From positions 64,001 through 128,000 of the IMG/VR virus record IMGVR_UViG_2864522212_000004: a stretch of 64,000 bases of DNA; one strand, 5' to 3'. Below the pieces are notes generated by a model, which was not told the DNA's origin, searched no databases, and saw only the letters and a list, made by a program, of their open reading frames with translations. Positions 53,289 through 63,558 of the stretch are shown one piece after another; the stretch's first letter is position 1; each line of letters opens with the position of its first letter. This DNA is from a virus. Lineage: Duplodnaviria; Caudoviricetes. The position numbers were made by a program, and so were the translations under genes.

Positions 53289-56200
53289 CAGAATGCATCT
53301 CCATCCGTTTCGAACTCATCAGACGTTTTCTGGCGAGGTGGGTTCTTCGGCGCGTTGAGGTTCGCATGGTATTTCGCCGCTGCTTCCTTGACCTCTCCCG
53401 TGATACGCGCGCTCTCCAATGCGTCGGCGGCTTCCTGTTCGCTCATGTGGCCCTGTTGCCGGAAGTTGTGCATCATGCTGTTCTCCACCACCCCGAACGC
53501 CTTGTCTCCATCGGAGTTGAGACTTCCGTCCTCGGAGTGCATTTCGTTCAATGATTCATCGAGATCGAACGGATTGTCTTCGACCGGAGCAATCGGAGTC
53601 ATGACCGTCGTGGGCCTGTTGCCTAGGCTTAGGATTTCGTTGCGGCTCTTCTCCGCTCTAGCTCCCAGTGCGCCGATTCCGACCTTGGCTCCATGCCAGA
53701 GGTCACGGTTGGTGGCGAGCTTACCCAATGCGACTGCACCTGCCGGCAATGTGATCGGGTTGGATGTGAGTGCGGCAGCGGCGATACCGGTCGCCGCGAC
53801 TTTGGCGCCACGCTTGACCACGTCACGCAACGGTTGGGATTGCATGACACCTAGGGCTGCCTTGCCTGTCGCGCCCAACAGCATAGCTCCTCCGCCCAGG
53901 CCGCGTGCGGTCTGATTAAGCAGGCTTGCACCTTTTGCCATGGTACGGGCGCGGCCGAGCGATGCGCCGGGATGGCGGGCCATATAGTTCTTGACGCGAT
54001 CATCGTAGGACATGCCGCCCGTCATGAACGCCTGAGCTCTGTCGGCTCGGTTGGTGAAACGTGCGGCGACTCCTGCGAGGGACCCGCGTACGGTGCCTTC
54101 GTTCATGCGCCCCCATCTATAGCTGAGGGAGTCTGCTCCGCGGGCTGCGATCGCATCGTATTCTTTCGCGTTGCGTCCGTACAGGTTGCGGTCGCCGCCG
54201 TCGAGGTCAAGATTCTTCCTCTCCGAATCGAGCATGGAGTCGAGTTTGCTTTCGCCGGCGGTGGGACCGAACATCCTGTGGCGCGGTCCGGCGTTGCGAC
54301 TGGACATGCCGCCGTGGTTTCGGCTTGTGAGGAGCCGTCTCATGAGGAGACCGCTGCCTATTCCTCCGCCGATTCTCCTGAGGCCGGCCAGCACTCCGCC
54401 TGCCATGGCTCCACCGGTGGCGATTCCCATCATCGCTTTGAAACTGAACGGGTTGCCGACTTTGAGCACGCTGGTGCAGAACAGGCTGATGGCCGCGATT
54501 GCAAGCACCGGACTGAAACCGCTGATCACGTTGTACATGAAGCTGCTGCTCATTTCGGAACAGAACTTCAACATGAGCTGGCAGATGAATGAGGCGATGG
54601 CTCCCAAAGCCGAATACAATCCGCCGGTCATGCTCAGGTTGCACGTGTATTTCACCCAGTTCTTCAACACGTTCTTCGGAGCTTCGCCTATGGGGAAAGC
54701 TCTCACGAGGAATGCTACGACGAGGAACAGCACCATCAGGACGAGCATGAGCTTGGTCATGATGAGGATGACGCTGAGTAATCCCCAGACGATCATGTTG
54801 CAGATGCCACCGAGCACGGATCCGAATGCGCCCAGATTGTCAGGTGCTGAATTGCCGTACAGGTTGTCCAGGGTGATTCGCATCGCTCCTTGTCCGGTCG
54901 AAGAATCCTGCGTGTCACCAAGGTTGGCTTCACGCCAGGTTCCGCCGACGTTGGGGATATCGAAACGCCAGCCCAGGTTCGCGGCATCGGCGATGTTCGT
55001 GTTCTGGACGTTGCCGCTCGAATCACGGAAGTCATTGTCGTTGTGAAAGGCCCGATACTGGTCGCCTGTGAATTGCTTTGTGCCCAAAGCCACATTGCAC
55101 AATTGGAGTATGTTCTGGTCTATCTTGTCATCGTCCCCGTAGAAGTGGGCCCCGTTCCCGCCTGAGATGTCGCTGAACCCATCCTTTTTCAGTCTGACGG
55201 TGAGCTTCCCGTTTTTGATGGCACCTGTATCCTTGTCCCCCATGTTTTTGACGAGGATGTTCCAGCCGTCACGGCCGTACACCTTCCCACTGCCGTCGAT
55301 ACCGCAGGTCTCCCAAAAGATCCCCGCTCTGGTCAGTCGAACATATTTATCCCGATCGTTCTGCTCCTTTTCCTTGTCATTGACGGAACTGTCTTGAGGG
55401 TCGATCCAACCGTGTTCGCTGAACAACCATTCTGCTGTGTCGGAATCGATACTCAAACCGGTTGCCGCATTCGTCAATGTCATTTGCACCGCAGGATCGG
55501 TGTTCGTGTTCATGTCAAGCACATGGCAGTACGCTTGCTGTGCGTTGTCGGCCACGCCTGATGGCGTGTTCGGCCCCGCTGACGGATTACCCCATTGCAT
55601 CGTCACCCACGATCGGAGAGCTGTTTCCTCCCACATGCGGTTCACGGCCTTGGTGATAGAGGATGTGTCTCCCCCGTTGCCGCTGGTCGCGGTGTCGTAC
55701 TGCTGGTGCATGGCATACAGGTAATCCTGGCAGTTCGTATTACGGTTGAGTGCTTTGTTGCTGAACGCCATCATGTTCGATTCGCCGTCGTTCAACCCGT
55801 CCAGATCAAGTCCGACGGTGAGCTTGTTGACTGCGCCGTTGATGGTGTTGACGACCCACCAGGGACTGCCGGTCGCCGGTTCGGTCGCATTCTCCGCGGT
55901 TTTCGAGGCTCCTGTCCCCAACACGATGAGAGCCGCAAGGCACAGCACTGTGGCAAGCAGTCGTTTGCTCGCCTCTTTCGTGGTCCCGATGTCGAATCCC
56001 GCCGCGAGAAGCCATACGACGATGGCGGTCACCATCAACGCCGCGGGAATACCGCCGGCCATGACATTGTCGATAAGTTTCGCCGTGGCGTGGTCGACCG
56101 ACGCTCCGGCGGTCTTCAATGGGGTGAAGCTTGCCGCGAACTGGCTTAGAGAAAGGGCGGATGACCAGCAGAGCTGTGTGATCTGCATCAGCATGTTCGG

Positions 56201-56530
56201 CAGGATGTCCCTCGTCGTATGGCTGATCAGGGCGGGCACGTTGGCGAGGAATCCGATAATGCCGCTCGATGGTTCGATGCGGCTGGTTATGCTGCCGACA
56301 TTGCTTCCCCATCGGCCGGACGGAAGACATGTCGTGTAATCGACTTGGGTGCTTGTGGTCGTAGCGCATGCCGGCGCGCTCGCGCCTCCGTCGTTTTCGA
56401 CCATGGCGAATGCTTGGGAGGGCAGTACGGCCACTGTCATCAGAACGACGAGCAGAACAATGAACAGCATGTTCCGTCGCGCTTTCATCCTGACCGGGAG
56501 GCTGGGCTGCATCTGGGTTGAAGCGCTCAC
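53288..56530 (-). CDS. Large polytopic membrane protein, VirB6-like
   Basis: Two TM clusters separated by an external loop, Gly/Ala-rich tail; GTG start coupled to the upstream stop (ORF open to 56641). Confidence 0.65.
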   Translation of the reverse strand: MSASTQMQPSLPVRMKARRNMLFIVLLVVLMTVAVLPSQAFAMVENDGGASAPACATTTSTQVDYTTCLPSGRWGSNVGSITSRIEPSSGIIGFLANVPALISHTTRDILPNMLMQITQLCWSSALSLSQFAASFTPLKTAGASVDHATAKLIDNVMAGGIPAALMVTAIVVWLLAAGFDIGTTKEASKRLLATVLCLAALIVLGTGASKTAENATEPATGSPWWVVNTINGAVNKLTVGLDLDGLNDGESNMMAFSNKALNRNTNCQDYLYAMHQQYDTATSGNGGDTSSITKAVNRMWEETALRSWVTMQWGNPSAGPNTPSGVADNAQQAYCHVLDMNTNTDPAVQMTLTNAATGLSIDSDTAEWLFSEHGWIDPQDSSVNDKEKEQNDRDKYVRLTRAGIFWETCGIDGSGKVYGRDGWNILVKNMGDKDTGAIKNGKLTVRLKKDGFSDISGGNGAHFYGDDDKIDQNILQLCNVALGTKQFTGDQYRAFHNDNDFRDSSGNVQNTNIADAANLGWRFDIPNVGGTWREANLGDTQDSSTGQGAMRITLDNLYGNSAPDNLGAFGSVLGGICNMIVWGLLSVILIMTKLMLVLMVLFLVVAFLVRAFPIGEAPKNVLKNWVKYTCNLSMTGGLYSALGAIASFICQLMLKFCSEMSSSFMYNVISGFSPVLAIAAISLFCTSVLKVGNPFSFKAMMGIATGGAMAGGVLAGLRRIGGGIGSGLLMRRLLTSRNHGGMSSRNAGPRHRMFGPTAGESKLDSMLDSERKNLDLDGGDRNLYGRNAKEYDAIAARGADSLSYRWGRMNEGTVRGSLAGVAARFTNRADRAQAFMTGGMSYDDRVKNYMARHPGASLGRARTMAKGASLLNQTARGLGGGAMLLGATGKAALGVMQSQPLRDVVKRGAKVAATGIAAAALTSNPITLPAGAVALGKLATNRDLWHGAKVGIGALGARAEKSRNEILSLGNRPTTVMTPIAPVEDNPFDLDESLNEMHSEDGSLNSDGDKAFGVVENSMMHNFRQQGHMSEQEAADALESARITGEVKEAAAKYHANLNAPKNPPRQKTSDEFETDGDAF

Positions 56531-56895
56531 AGTATCCACATCTCCTTCAGACTGCTTAGATGCTCTGGCTGATTCGAATTGGGGTAGAAAACCTCTCCGG
56601 CGATGTTCCGGCTCTGCAATCTCCTGAGGAGTCTTTTCCATCGGACCTGCTGGGTCCGGTCTTTGACTTGGCCGACCATGAGGAATGGTGCGGCGACCAA
56701 GCCGATGAGGATGAACACCACGCCGAATGTGATGCCGATGATCGGGGCGAGCATAAGACAGATCAACAGTCCTATAACACCGCCGATGATTGTCGAGAAC
56801 ACGGTCTTGGATCGGGCTTCCGTGCTTTTCGTGATCATGAACGTGTTCTTACGTTCGATTGATGCGGTGGATGAGACCTCGGTGATGTCATCCAT
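56527..56895 (-). CDS. PrgI/VirB3-like two-TM protein
   Basis: Size, two adjacent TM helices, position after the pilin-like gene. Confidence 0.5.
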   Translation of the reverse strand: MDDITEVSSTASIERKNTFMITKSTEARSKTVFSTIIGGVIGLLICLMLAPIIGITFGVVFILIGLVAAPFLMVGQVKDRTQQVRWKRLLRRLQSRNIAGEVFYPNSNQPEHLSSLKEMWIL

Positions 56896-56946
56896 GGTTT
56901 CCCTTGGATGCAATTGTCTTTGCTCGCCCATGAATATGTTCCCCGA

Positions 56947-57294
56947 TCAGATTCCGAGGTAGTCTTTGCCCTGGCTGCCCACGGCGTTGACGATCCAGTC
57001 AAGAGCTGTCAGCAATGCCGGGATGGTTATGGTCGGGCCAGCGAAGATGAAGATGACGGCGAGAACGACGATGACTCGTGTGACGCTTGGACAGAACATG
57101 GAGACCAGCTGGTTGCTTCGCCCCATCGCCTTGCTGATTCCTCCCAGGATAAGCCCCAAGGCCAAGATCACTGCGGCAGCGGCGCCCACCTTGGTGATGA
57201 GCTGTCCGGCGGTCGAGTTGAGGATGCCGTCGAACATGGCGTGATAGCTTCCGACAAGATTGCTGGAAGCGGCGATTTCTATGGTGTTGCCCAT
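56947..57294 (-). CDS. VirB2/pilin-like membrane protein
   Basis: 115 aa with two hydrophobic helices at the head of the T4SS-like operon. Confidence 0.5.
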   Translation of the reverse strand: MGNTIEIAASSNLVGSYHAMFDGILNSTAGQLITKVGAAAAVILALGLILGGISKAMGRSNQLVSMFCPSVTRVIVVLAVIFIFAGPTITIPALLTALDWIVNAVGSQGKDYLGI

Positions 57295-57356
57295 TATTGG
57301 ATTCCCTTCGAATTTGGTTTGAAGGAACCCTCCTGCGTTTCCCGAGTGTATCAACG

Positions 57357-57392
57357 GAATCGGTTGATAACGATAGGTTTTCGGTTTTTAAC
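57357..57392. promoter_or_regulatory. Box B motif at the transfer-operon promoter
   Basis: CGGT at 57361 and 57382; minus-strand extended -10 TGATACACT at 57345-57353. Confidence 0.5.
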
Positions 57393-57438
57393 AAAGTTTC
57401 TTGCATTCTCAGACAACACGGGGAACACAGATTAAGAA

Positions 57439-57473
57439 AAACCCATCCGGCATCAATGGAAGCCGGATGGGTT
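57439..57473. terminator. Terminator hairpin
   Basis: AACCCATCCGGC...GCCGGATGGGTT. Confidence 0.65.
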
Positions 57474-57491
57474 GGCATGTTTTTTTCGGTC

Positions 57492-60107
57492 CTACTTGTC
57501 GCCGGGGCGATAACCGTCGTCGAAGTCTTTCACGCTCACGATGAACGCCGGCTGGATCTGTTCCATGTTTCTGGTTCTTACAGCGGCATGGTATTTGGGG
57601 AGGTTCGTCACCGCTCCTCCAGTCCACCCATCCAATCCCTCATTGTCGGTCAGACGTGCCGCGGTCAGCGTGGCTATGCGCGGAATCGACGTGTTGTAGC
57701 TGATGAACGTCGTGTACCCCAGGAACGAATCCAACAACGTGTCGGACAACTGGGTCGGGTATTGGGTGGCGAACACGAGAATCAATCCGAACGAACGCCC
57801 CTGCTCCCTCAGATTCTTCAACACGTCGTCCGACCCGTTCGCCAGCAGGCTCAGCTCGTCGCAGACGAGCATCGTGTGTTTGCCAAGCGTTAACCAGTCC
57901 TTGCAGTGTGCGAACACCGTGTTCCAGAACCGGTACATGAGCCACGAGCCCAGAATCTTGTCCATGAGTTCGGGAAGCGAGTGGCCATTGTGCGGGGCGA
58001 GCACGATGTGATAGTCGCCCGGGTGATCCAATATCCACTTCCATGTGACGGTGCTGCGTCGCGGTGTGAACATGTGTTCGATGGCGAGGAACTGGTTGAC
58101 CTTGTTCACCGAGGCGTTGGTACGCTGCAGTATTTCACGATCGCTTCGCGCCGCCTGCCCCTTCTGATCCGGTCGTCCGTACAGTTGTTCTGCGGCACGC
58201 GCGGCCAACGTCATGTCTATTCCGAGAGGATCGTCCTTCAACTCCAATGCGAGAGCCCTGCATACCTGTCCAAGCGCTCTGGCTGATCCGGTTTGACCAT
58301 CCGACCCACACAATGCGACCACGGCCCAGCCGATAGGTGACTGCTGTTGCCTGAGTTGACCGGCCCCGGGATACTGTTGCTCGAGTTGTCTGCATCTTCT
58401 TAGGATGTCCCCCGGCTTGTGTTGGTCGTATCGGCTTGCGGCCACGCCGATGGTCATGGATTGGGTGATGATGTTTTGGGAGTCGTTCTGAATGTCGCCG
58501 GCATTGAATGCGTATCTCATGGTTTTGGCGACGCTTTCCGCCGTCTCCTGGGCGTTCCTTCCCTCCTGCATTCCGAGCAAATCGAGACCGATGCTGGAAG
58601 GATCAGTGAGATATATGACACGTGGATGGGAGTCAATCCCCTGCGTTTGCCGATACCGGTCCAGCACTTCCACTCCGGTGTCGTCCTTCATCCAGAAGTG
58701 GATGAGTCGTGAATCCGTTCCCCACACGTCACGGCTGGTATCGTTGCGATGGCTGATGGCCCATTGGCTGATGCCGTGGGTCAGAACGGTTTTTCCTGAT
58801 CCGGCTTCACCGCTGATTGCGATTCCGCCATAGAGCTGTGTCGGATCCAAGTATCCGGGACGTCCGGAATCGTCCAATCCGATCAGGACGCCTCCATGGG
58901 ACAATGGTTCGGGCACCGGGTGAAGGTCCTGTTTCACCGCCGTGGATTTCTGCACCGGCATGAACAGTGTGGTCGTGGTCATTGGGCTGAAGACCAAAGT
59001 GGTGCGTTGCGGGCCATATCCCGTCGCATACACTCGTTTGTCTTTCATGCCGAGTTTTGTTTCGGTGTCACTGAGATTCGCCTTGCGTTTGCGGCGAAGC
59101 CACCAGTATCGGCGTGGGCGTTGGAGAATATCATCCCATAGAGTGTTCCTCCACCATCTGATTCCAGCTGCAACGGTGAAGGCAAGAGGAATGATCCACA
59201 ACCATGACGGTATCGGCAACAGCATCAAAGAGCAGTACGCCAACAGTCCAAGACATGCGAATTTGTAGTGCGGCGGTACTCGGAAGTACATTCGAGTGCT
59301 GTTGTCGTCGTTCAGCATGGCTTTCGCGTTTGCGGAGAGTAGTCCACTCAAAACCCAAGGCACCAGCAGCATCGCCGCTACCGTTCCCGCCAGCCAGAAG
59401 AATGTGGCAAGACGAATCGGAGTGATGACGGACAATACCATCGTCAACAGGGTGACAGCCAAGGTCACGATGAGTCCGCCCAACTTTGGGTAGCTGGGAT
59501 GACTGCTCATGTTGGAGAGCAGCGGGAACATGGCCTGTCCAGCCCGTTGTGCGAGTTCTGCGTTCCGGCGGCTGTCGGCGCATGCTGCGGTGACTCGCGC
59601 GCAGAGCGTGTGTGCTGCGACAAATTCGTTGCCGTCCTCGACGGTGGAATGCTCGTCGGCAACCCAATCTCGAATTCGGGCCTGTTCGAAATATCCTTGC
59701 CTGCGGAGCGTTACGCTGACATAACTGTCTGCCGGCATCAATGCTTCGACGCTTTTCCGAATGCCGGCGGAATCGGTGCGCATCTTCTCCATCGTCGCCT
59801 TTGAATTCAAGCGGGCCCGCCATGGCACAAGAGAGTGAGCTGATCTGCTGATTCCTTCCGGCAGTTCGGGTTCGCCGTTCCCTGGCAGTGGGCTGATGGA
59901 AAAGCCGGCGAGATCACCCGCCTTGCGTATGCCTTCGCCATCGCCATGCACATATTCACGGACCGGCTCGTTTCCCACTCTGACGAGCAGCAGCGTGCAG
60001 TCCTCCAGATTTCCTGGGACATCATCCGCGATGGATCTCAACTGGTCGCCATCGAGTTGGCTGATGCTGCGAGTCACCTCGTACCATGCTTTTTCTTTTT
60101 CGCTCAT
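57492..60107 (-). CDS. VirD4/TraD-like coupling ATPase with a multi-TM anchor
   Basis: GEAGSGKT; LVCDE; EQGRSFG...ATQYPTQL; NLPKYHA. Confidence 0.8.
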   Translation of the reverse strand: MSEKEKAWYEVTRSISQLDGDQLRSIADDVPGNLEDCTLLLVRVGNEPVREYVHGDGEGIRKAGDLAGFSISPLPGNGEPELPEGISRSAHSLVPWRARLNSKATMEKMRTDSAGIRKSVEALMPADSYVSVTLRRQGYFEQARIRDWVADEHSTVEDGNEFVAAHTLCARVTAACADSRRNAELAQRAGQAMFPLLSNMSSHPSYPKLGGLIVTLAVTLLTMVLSVITPIRLATFFWLAGTVAAMLLVPWVLSGLLSANAKAMLNDDNSTRMYFRVPPHYKFACLGLLAYCSLMLLPIPSWLWIIPLAFTVAAGIRWWRNTLWDDILQRPRRYWWLRRKRKANLSDTETKLGMKDKRVYATGYGPQRTTLVFSPMTTTTLFMPVQKSTAVKQDLHPVPEPLSHGGVLIGLDDSGRPGYLDPTQLYGGIAISGEAGSGKTVLTHGISQWAISHRNDTSRDVWGTDSRLIHFWMKDDTGVEVLDRYRQTQGIDSHPRVIYLTDPSSIGLDLLGMQEGRNAQETAESVAKTMRYAFNAGDIQNDSQNIITQSMTIGVAASRYDQHKPGDILRRCRQLEQQYPGAGQLRQQQSPIGWAVVALCGSDGQTGSARALGQVCRALALELKDDPLGIDMTLAARAAEQLYGRPDQKGQAARSDREILQRTNASVNKVNQFLAIEHMFTPRRSTVTWKWILDHPGDYHIVLAPHNGHSLPELMDKILGSWLMYRFWNTVFAHCKDWLTLGKHTMLVCDELSLLANGSDDVLKNLREQGRSFGLILVFATQYPTQLSDTLLDSFLGYTTFISYNTSIPRIATLTAARLTDNEGLDGWTGGAVTNLPKYHAAVRTRNMEQIQPAFIVSVKDFDDGYRPGDK

Positions 60108-60123
60108 ATCCGATGCCCTCCTG

Positions 60124-60579
60124 TCAATTCGATTGTTCTGCGGTTGCCGGTTCGGTGGAGTAGAGCATGGCCAAGGGGAATCCTTCCGGCAAGTCGAACT
60201 TGGTCAGCTTCTCTCTTTCCAACAGTTGATATAGCCATGTGGTCATGCGGACCGTCGCATCCTTGTCTGCCAACGCCCATCCCAAATCCGCATACCCGTC
60301 CTTGACGGTGCTCTGGTCGCCGATGGTTTCCCTCATCCGTCGTATGGTCTTCACCGCAATGTATTTGGAAACGTCGAACATGATCGCATCCAATTGCCAG
60401 AGTCGTATTTTTTTCAAAGCCGGATTGCGTTGCAGGTTGACCATGAGGAACGGGACCACCAGCGAACGGCGTCCTGTTTCGCAAAGCGTCCGTATCTTCT
60501 GCAATGCACGGTAGCGTTCGGTCTTGGCTTCCTCCAAACGCTGCTGGTTGGTTGCGAAATTTTCAGGAAGAGAGTTCAA
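60124..60579 (-). CDS. Hypothetical protein
   Basis: RBS GGAGG + TTG (MNSLPENF...). Confidence 0.6.
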   Translation of the reverse strand: MNSLPENFATNQQRLEEAKTERYRALQKIRTLCETGRRSLVVPFLMVNLQRNPALKKIRLWQLDAIMFDVSKYIAVKTIRRMRETIGDQSTVKDGYADLGWALADKDATVRMTTWLYQLLEREKLTKFDLPEGFPLAMLYSTEPATAEQSN

Positions 60580-61765
60580 CGCTTTCACCTCCGATATACC
60601 CGTAGAATCCTCCCCGGTATGCTTCCGGCTTCCGCCATCCACTGACATCCCAGCCCCATTGGTGTCTGATTGTTTCATCCATGACCGTCCATCCCCAGTC
60701 ACGGATTGTCGTCACAGGTTTTGTTGATGGGGTGCATCGGCTCCAGTCCGGTGAGAACATGCTGCGTTCGACGTTCAGCATGTCCCGGTATGTTCCGATC
60801 CCGCCGGTCGGGTTGCCTTGCTCGTCGAACCAGTCGTCCCATAACGCGAATCCCATACGCGACGCCACGGATGGGTCGCCGACCAACATCTCGTCGGCAT
60901 GGCTTGCCGTTTCGATGATGCTGCCCAATGCCGGGTACTGCCATTGGCTGGTGTCGCGTATGAGCAACCAGATACAGATGAGTCCACGTCGTTGCATCGG
61001 CGAGTAGGCGAGCAGCTTCGACCAATTGGAGATTTTCTGGCTCATGTTATTTGGGTGGACCTGCACTTCGATTCCCGCAAGCACGTTGTTCGATGCGAGT
61101 GCGGTGATGTCCGTCGAACAGCTGTGAGGCAGTCCGGCTTCGCTGACCGCCTGCGGGTCGATGAGCCGGAACGCTCCCCAACCGTCGCCGCCGACGAGTT
61201 TGATGTCCGGATTGACACCGAGATGCAGTCCGACGTGCGCCGCATACGTATTGTGGCGCACGTGGCGTCTCATTCCGATCAACTGCTTGTCCGAAAGCAT
61301 TCTACGAAGCCAAGTTGCTGAATTAAACAGGCCGAGCGTGTTTCGGATGAGTTTCTTGTCGGAGCTCAACGACAACCAGGTTTGCGGGATTATCTGCCCG
61401 GAAAATCTTTCGTAAGGACTGAAGCCGATGTCGATGACTCCCAGCCGACACAACGCGCCGTACAGGTTCGGTTCGTCGCGATGGAATTCGGGAGCTCCTT
61501 TCACGGAGAGTCCCGCCCGAAGCTGGTCGACGGTGCATGTCCTCCATGAAAGCAATGCGCCGATGATGCTCGTAACCAATTCACTGTTTGCCTTGACCAT
61601 GCTTTCCGCGAACAATCGGTTCGGGACGATCCACTGATGACGTTGCGCCAACACTCCGGGGTGTTCGTTGTTCGCCACGTCGCTTCCGCGAATCCAATCG
61701 GCGTCGCTACCCATCGGCCATAGAGCACGGTCATCGGGATTCGGTGTGAGTGAGAGATCAACCAC
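60563..61765 (-). CDS. Replication-relaxation (Replic_Relax)-like wHTH + PD-(D/E)xK protein
   Basis: TVDQL...L..LGVI wHTH; HVRHN; TD...IEVQ...K; located near the coupling protein gene. Confidence 0.55.
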   Translation of the reverse strand: MVDLSLTPNPDDRALWPMGSDADWIRGSDVANNEHPGVLAQRHQWIVPNRLFAESMVKANSELVTSIIGALLSWRTCTVDQLRAGLSVKGAPEFHRDEPNLYGALCRLGVIDIGFSPYERFSGQIIPQTWLSLSSDKKLIRNTLGLFNSATWLRRMLSDKQLIGMRRHVRHNTYAAHVGLHLGVNPDIKLVGGDGWGAFRLIDPQAVSEAGLPHSCSTDITALASNNVLAGIEVQVHPNNMSQKISNWSKLLAYSPMQRRGLICIWLLIRDTSQWQYPALGSIIETASHADEMLVGDPSVASRMGFALWDDWFDEQGNPTGGIGTYRDMLNVERSMFSPDWSRCTPSTKPVTTIRDWGWTVMDETIRHQWGWDVSGWRKPEAYRGGFYGYIGGESVELSS

Positions 61766-62915
61766 GATGGAACCACCCTTTTTTCTTTTTCACTTCGAAC
61801 TTGGCCGGTTCGAATCCTTTATCGGGCAGAACCCATTCAAGGGTCTGCTCTCTCGCCAAGTCCAGATTCGAGTCAGCCCAATTCGATTTACCGGATGCGA
61901 TCAGATTGCCGGCCTCGACCGTCTGGTACTCGACTCCGAGAAAAATCCCGTATCTTGAATAATCAAGTGGCCGGTAGTCTGTCATTCCGACCGGGACCGT
62001 GTCTTTTATTCCGATACATTCTCGGGGCAAACCGTAACGGGGAAACGCGCTGAGCAGATTCAACGCATCTCCTTGCGTTTGCACGCCGGCTTTGACGATG
62101 ACCAGGCAAAGGTCGCCGGCGAGAACGTAGGGGACGACCATTCCTCCGGCGGCTGTGGTGCTGTCCTGCAGATCATCTGCGCTGATACGGTCGAGATCCA
62201 AGACGACGAAGTCCCAGAGCTTGCGTGCTTCCTCGATGTATGCGCGGTAGTGGTCCCACGACACCATCGCACCGGCCGGTGGAGCGAACGAAACATCGTA
62301 ACCGATGTTGAACATTCGTCCCGAATTGGCGCCGTATTGTGCCGCCATGCCGGGACGCCAGTCGGCTATGGTGCGCGCCGGCATACGCTGCCCAGGGTCG
62401 AAGAAGGAACGTTGCGATGACTGTCTCATGTTGCCGTCGATAAGGAGGGGGCGTAGTCCTTTTTCTCTTGCCCGCTCGCATAATCTGCGTGAGGAAACCG
62501 TCTTTCCCACGCCTCCAGTGTTCGATGTGACAATGATCATGGGTGCCGTCTGGCGGGTCCTGTTCAGGATGATATCGCCTACCAGACGCTTGTCGATTGT
62601 CTGTATCCGCCAGAACTCGTGGACGAAATCCGTGATGCTTCGGTCCATGAAATATTCGGGGAGGGCCTGCGCTCCGATGGGTATCTGTCCGCGGTCGATC
62701 CAGTAGATTGTCCAGCCTGCATCGGCGACCGGCATCCAGTTTCCCGGGAGGTTCGTGAACACGATTCCCTGACGGCCTGGACGCACCGGGTGCCTTGTCA
62801 GGAAGTCTGCCTGGGCTGCGAAATCCTCTCCTGCGGGCACCCTCCAACGCTGTTCGGGGACCTTGGATCGCAGCACGTCGAGGATGCCTCCATGTCCGAT
62901 TATCAGACTTGCCAT
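61758..62915 (-). CDS. MinD/CpaE-like ATPase
   Basis: TGGVGKT, LIDGN, DFVVLD; N-terminal extension; basic KKKKGWF tail. Confidence 0.75.
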   Translation of the reverse strand: MASLIIGHGGILDVLRSKVPEQRWRVPAGEDFAAQADFLTRHPVRPGRQGIVFTNLPGNWMPVADAGWTIYWIDRGQIPIGAQALPEYFMDRSITDFVHEFWRIQTIDKRLVGDIILNRTRQTAPMIIVTSNTGGVGKTVSSRRLCERAREKGLRPLLIDGNMRQSSQRSFFDPGQRMPARTIADWRPGMAAQYGANSGRMFNIGYDVSFAPPAGAMVSWDHYRAYIEEARKLWDFVVLDLDRISADDLQDSTTAAGGMVVPYVLAGDLCLVIVKAGVQTQGDALNLLSAFPRYGLPRECIGIKDTVPVGMTDYRPLDYSRYGIFLGVEYQTVEAGNLIASGKSNWADSNLDLAREQTLEWVLPDKGFEPAKFEVKKKKGWFHRG

Positions 62916-62919
62916 CTTT

Positions 62920-63450
62920 TCTCCAAGTTCCTTTGAACTGTTTTTTGCTTGTTCCGGGGGTTTGCTCCGGAAAGAGACCATTTTTGACGAAACAACACTG
63001 ATTTAGTTTTATTGACTGTTTTTTGTTTTTTGTTGCTTGTTCGTCAATCGTCCTGTTTGTTCATTTCTTGATATTACGTCATATCTTGTTATGTGCCGAA
63101 TATTTGTTGAAATTAACCATTCAGGATGATGACTTTGCTGATGTATGGGTTGTTGCGGTTCGTTGCTTTGTTGCGTTTTCGTTCCGTAGGTTCGTTGCTT
63201 TGTTGGCAATGTTGCGGTTCGTTGCTCTGGTTTTACCCTGCTGTGATGTGGTAATGGTGTCTTGGTGTTTGTGTGATGTGTTGCGGGTTGGCTTCTTTCT
63301 CTTGTTCTCGGATTGTCTTTTTCTTATTTTTTCTTCTCTTCTTTTTTTCTGACTTTTCTTGGTTGCCTGTCTGCTCTTTTGTTTTTGTCCGTGATTTTTC
63401 TGGTCCGCTAGTTTGCATGAGAAACGGCGGCCGCGCGACGCCGCGCCGAA
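62920..63450. repeat. AT-rich, strand-skewed non-coding region with direct repeats
   Basis: GGTTCGTTGCT x3 (63157, 63189, 63216); T-rich plus strand; GC hairpin at 63425-63448. Confidence 0.6.
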
Positions 63451-63453
63451 GTC

Positions 63454-63507
63454 AAAACGGTTAATTTCAATATTTTTTCGGTTATTCGTTGTTTGCTCGG
63501 ATACAGT
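63454..63507 (+). promoter_or_regulatory. Box B promoter (CGGT-N17-CGGT-N19-TACAGT)
   Basis: CGGT at 63458 and 63479, -10 at 63502. Confidence 0.6.
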
Positions 63508-63558
63508 CGTTGAAGACGGTTCACTCGAACGGTCCTGCCTTGACGAAGGGAGTTAACG

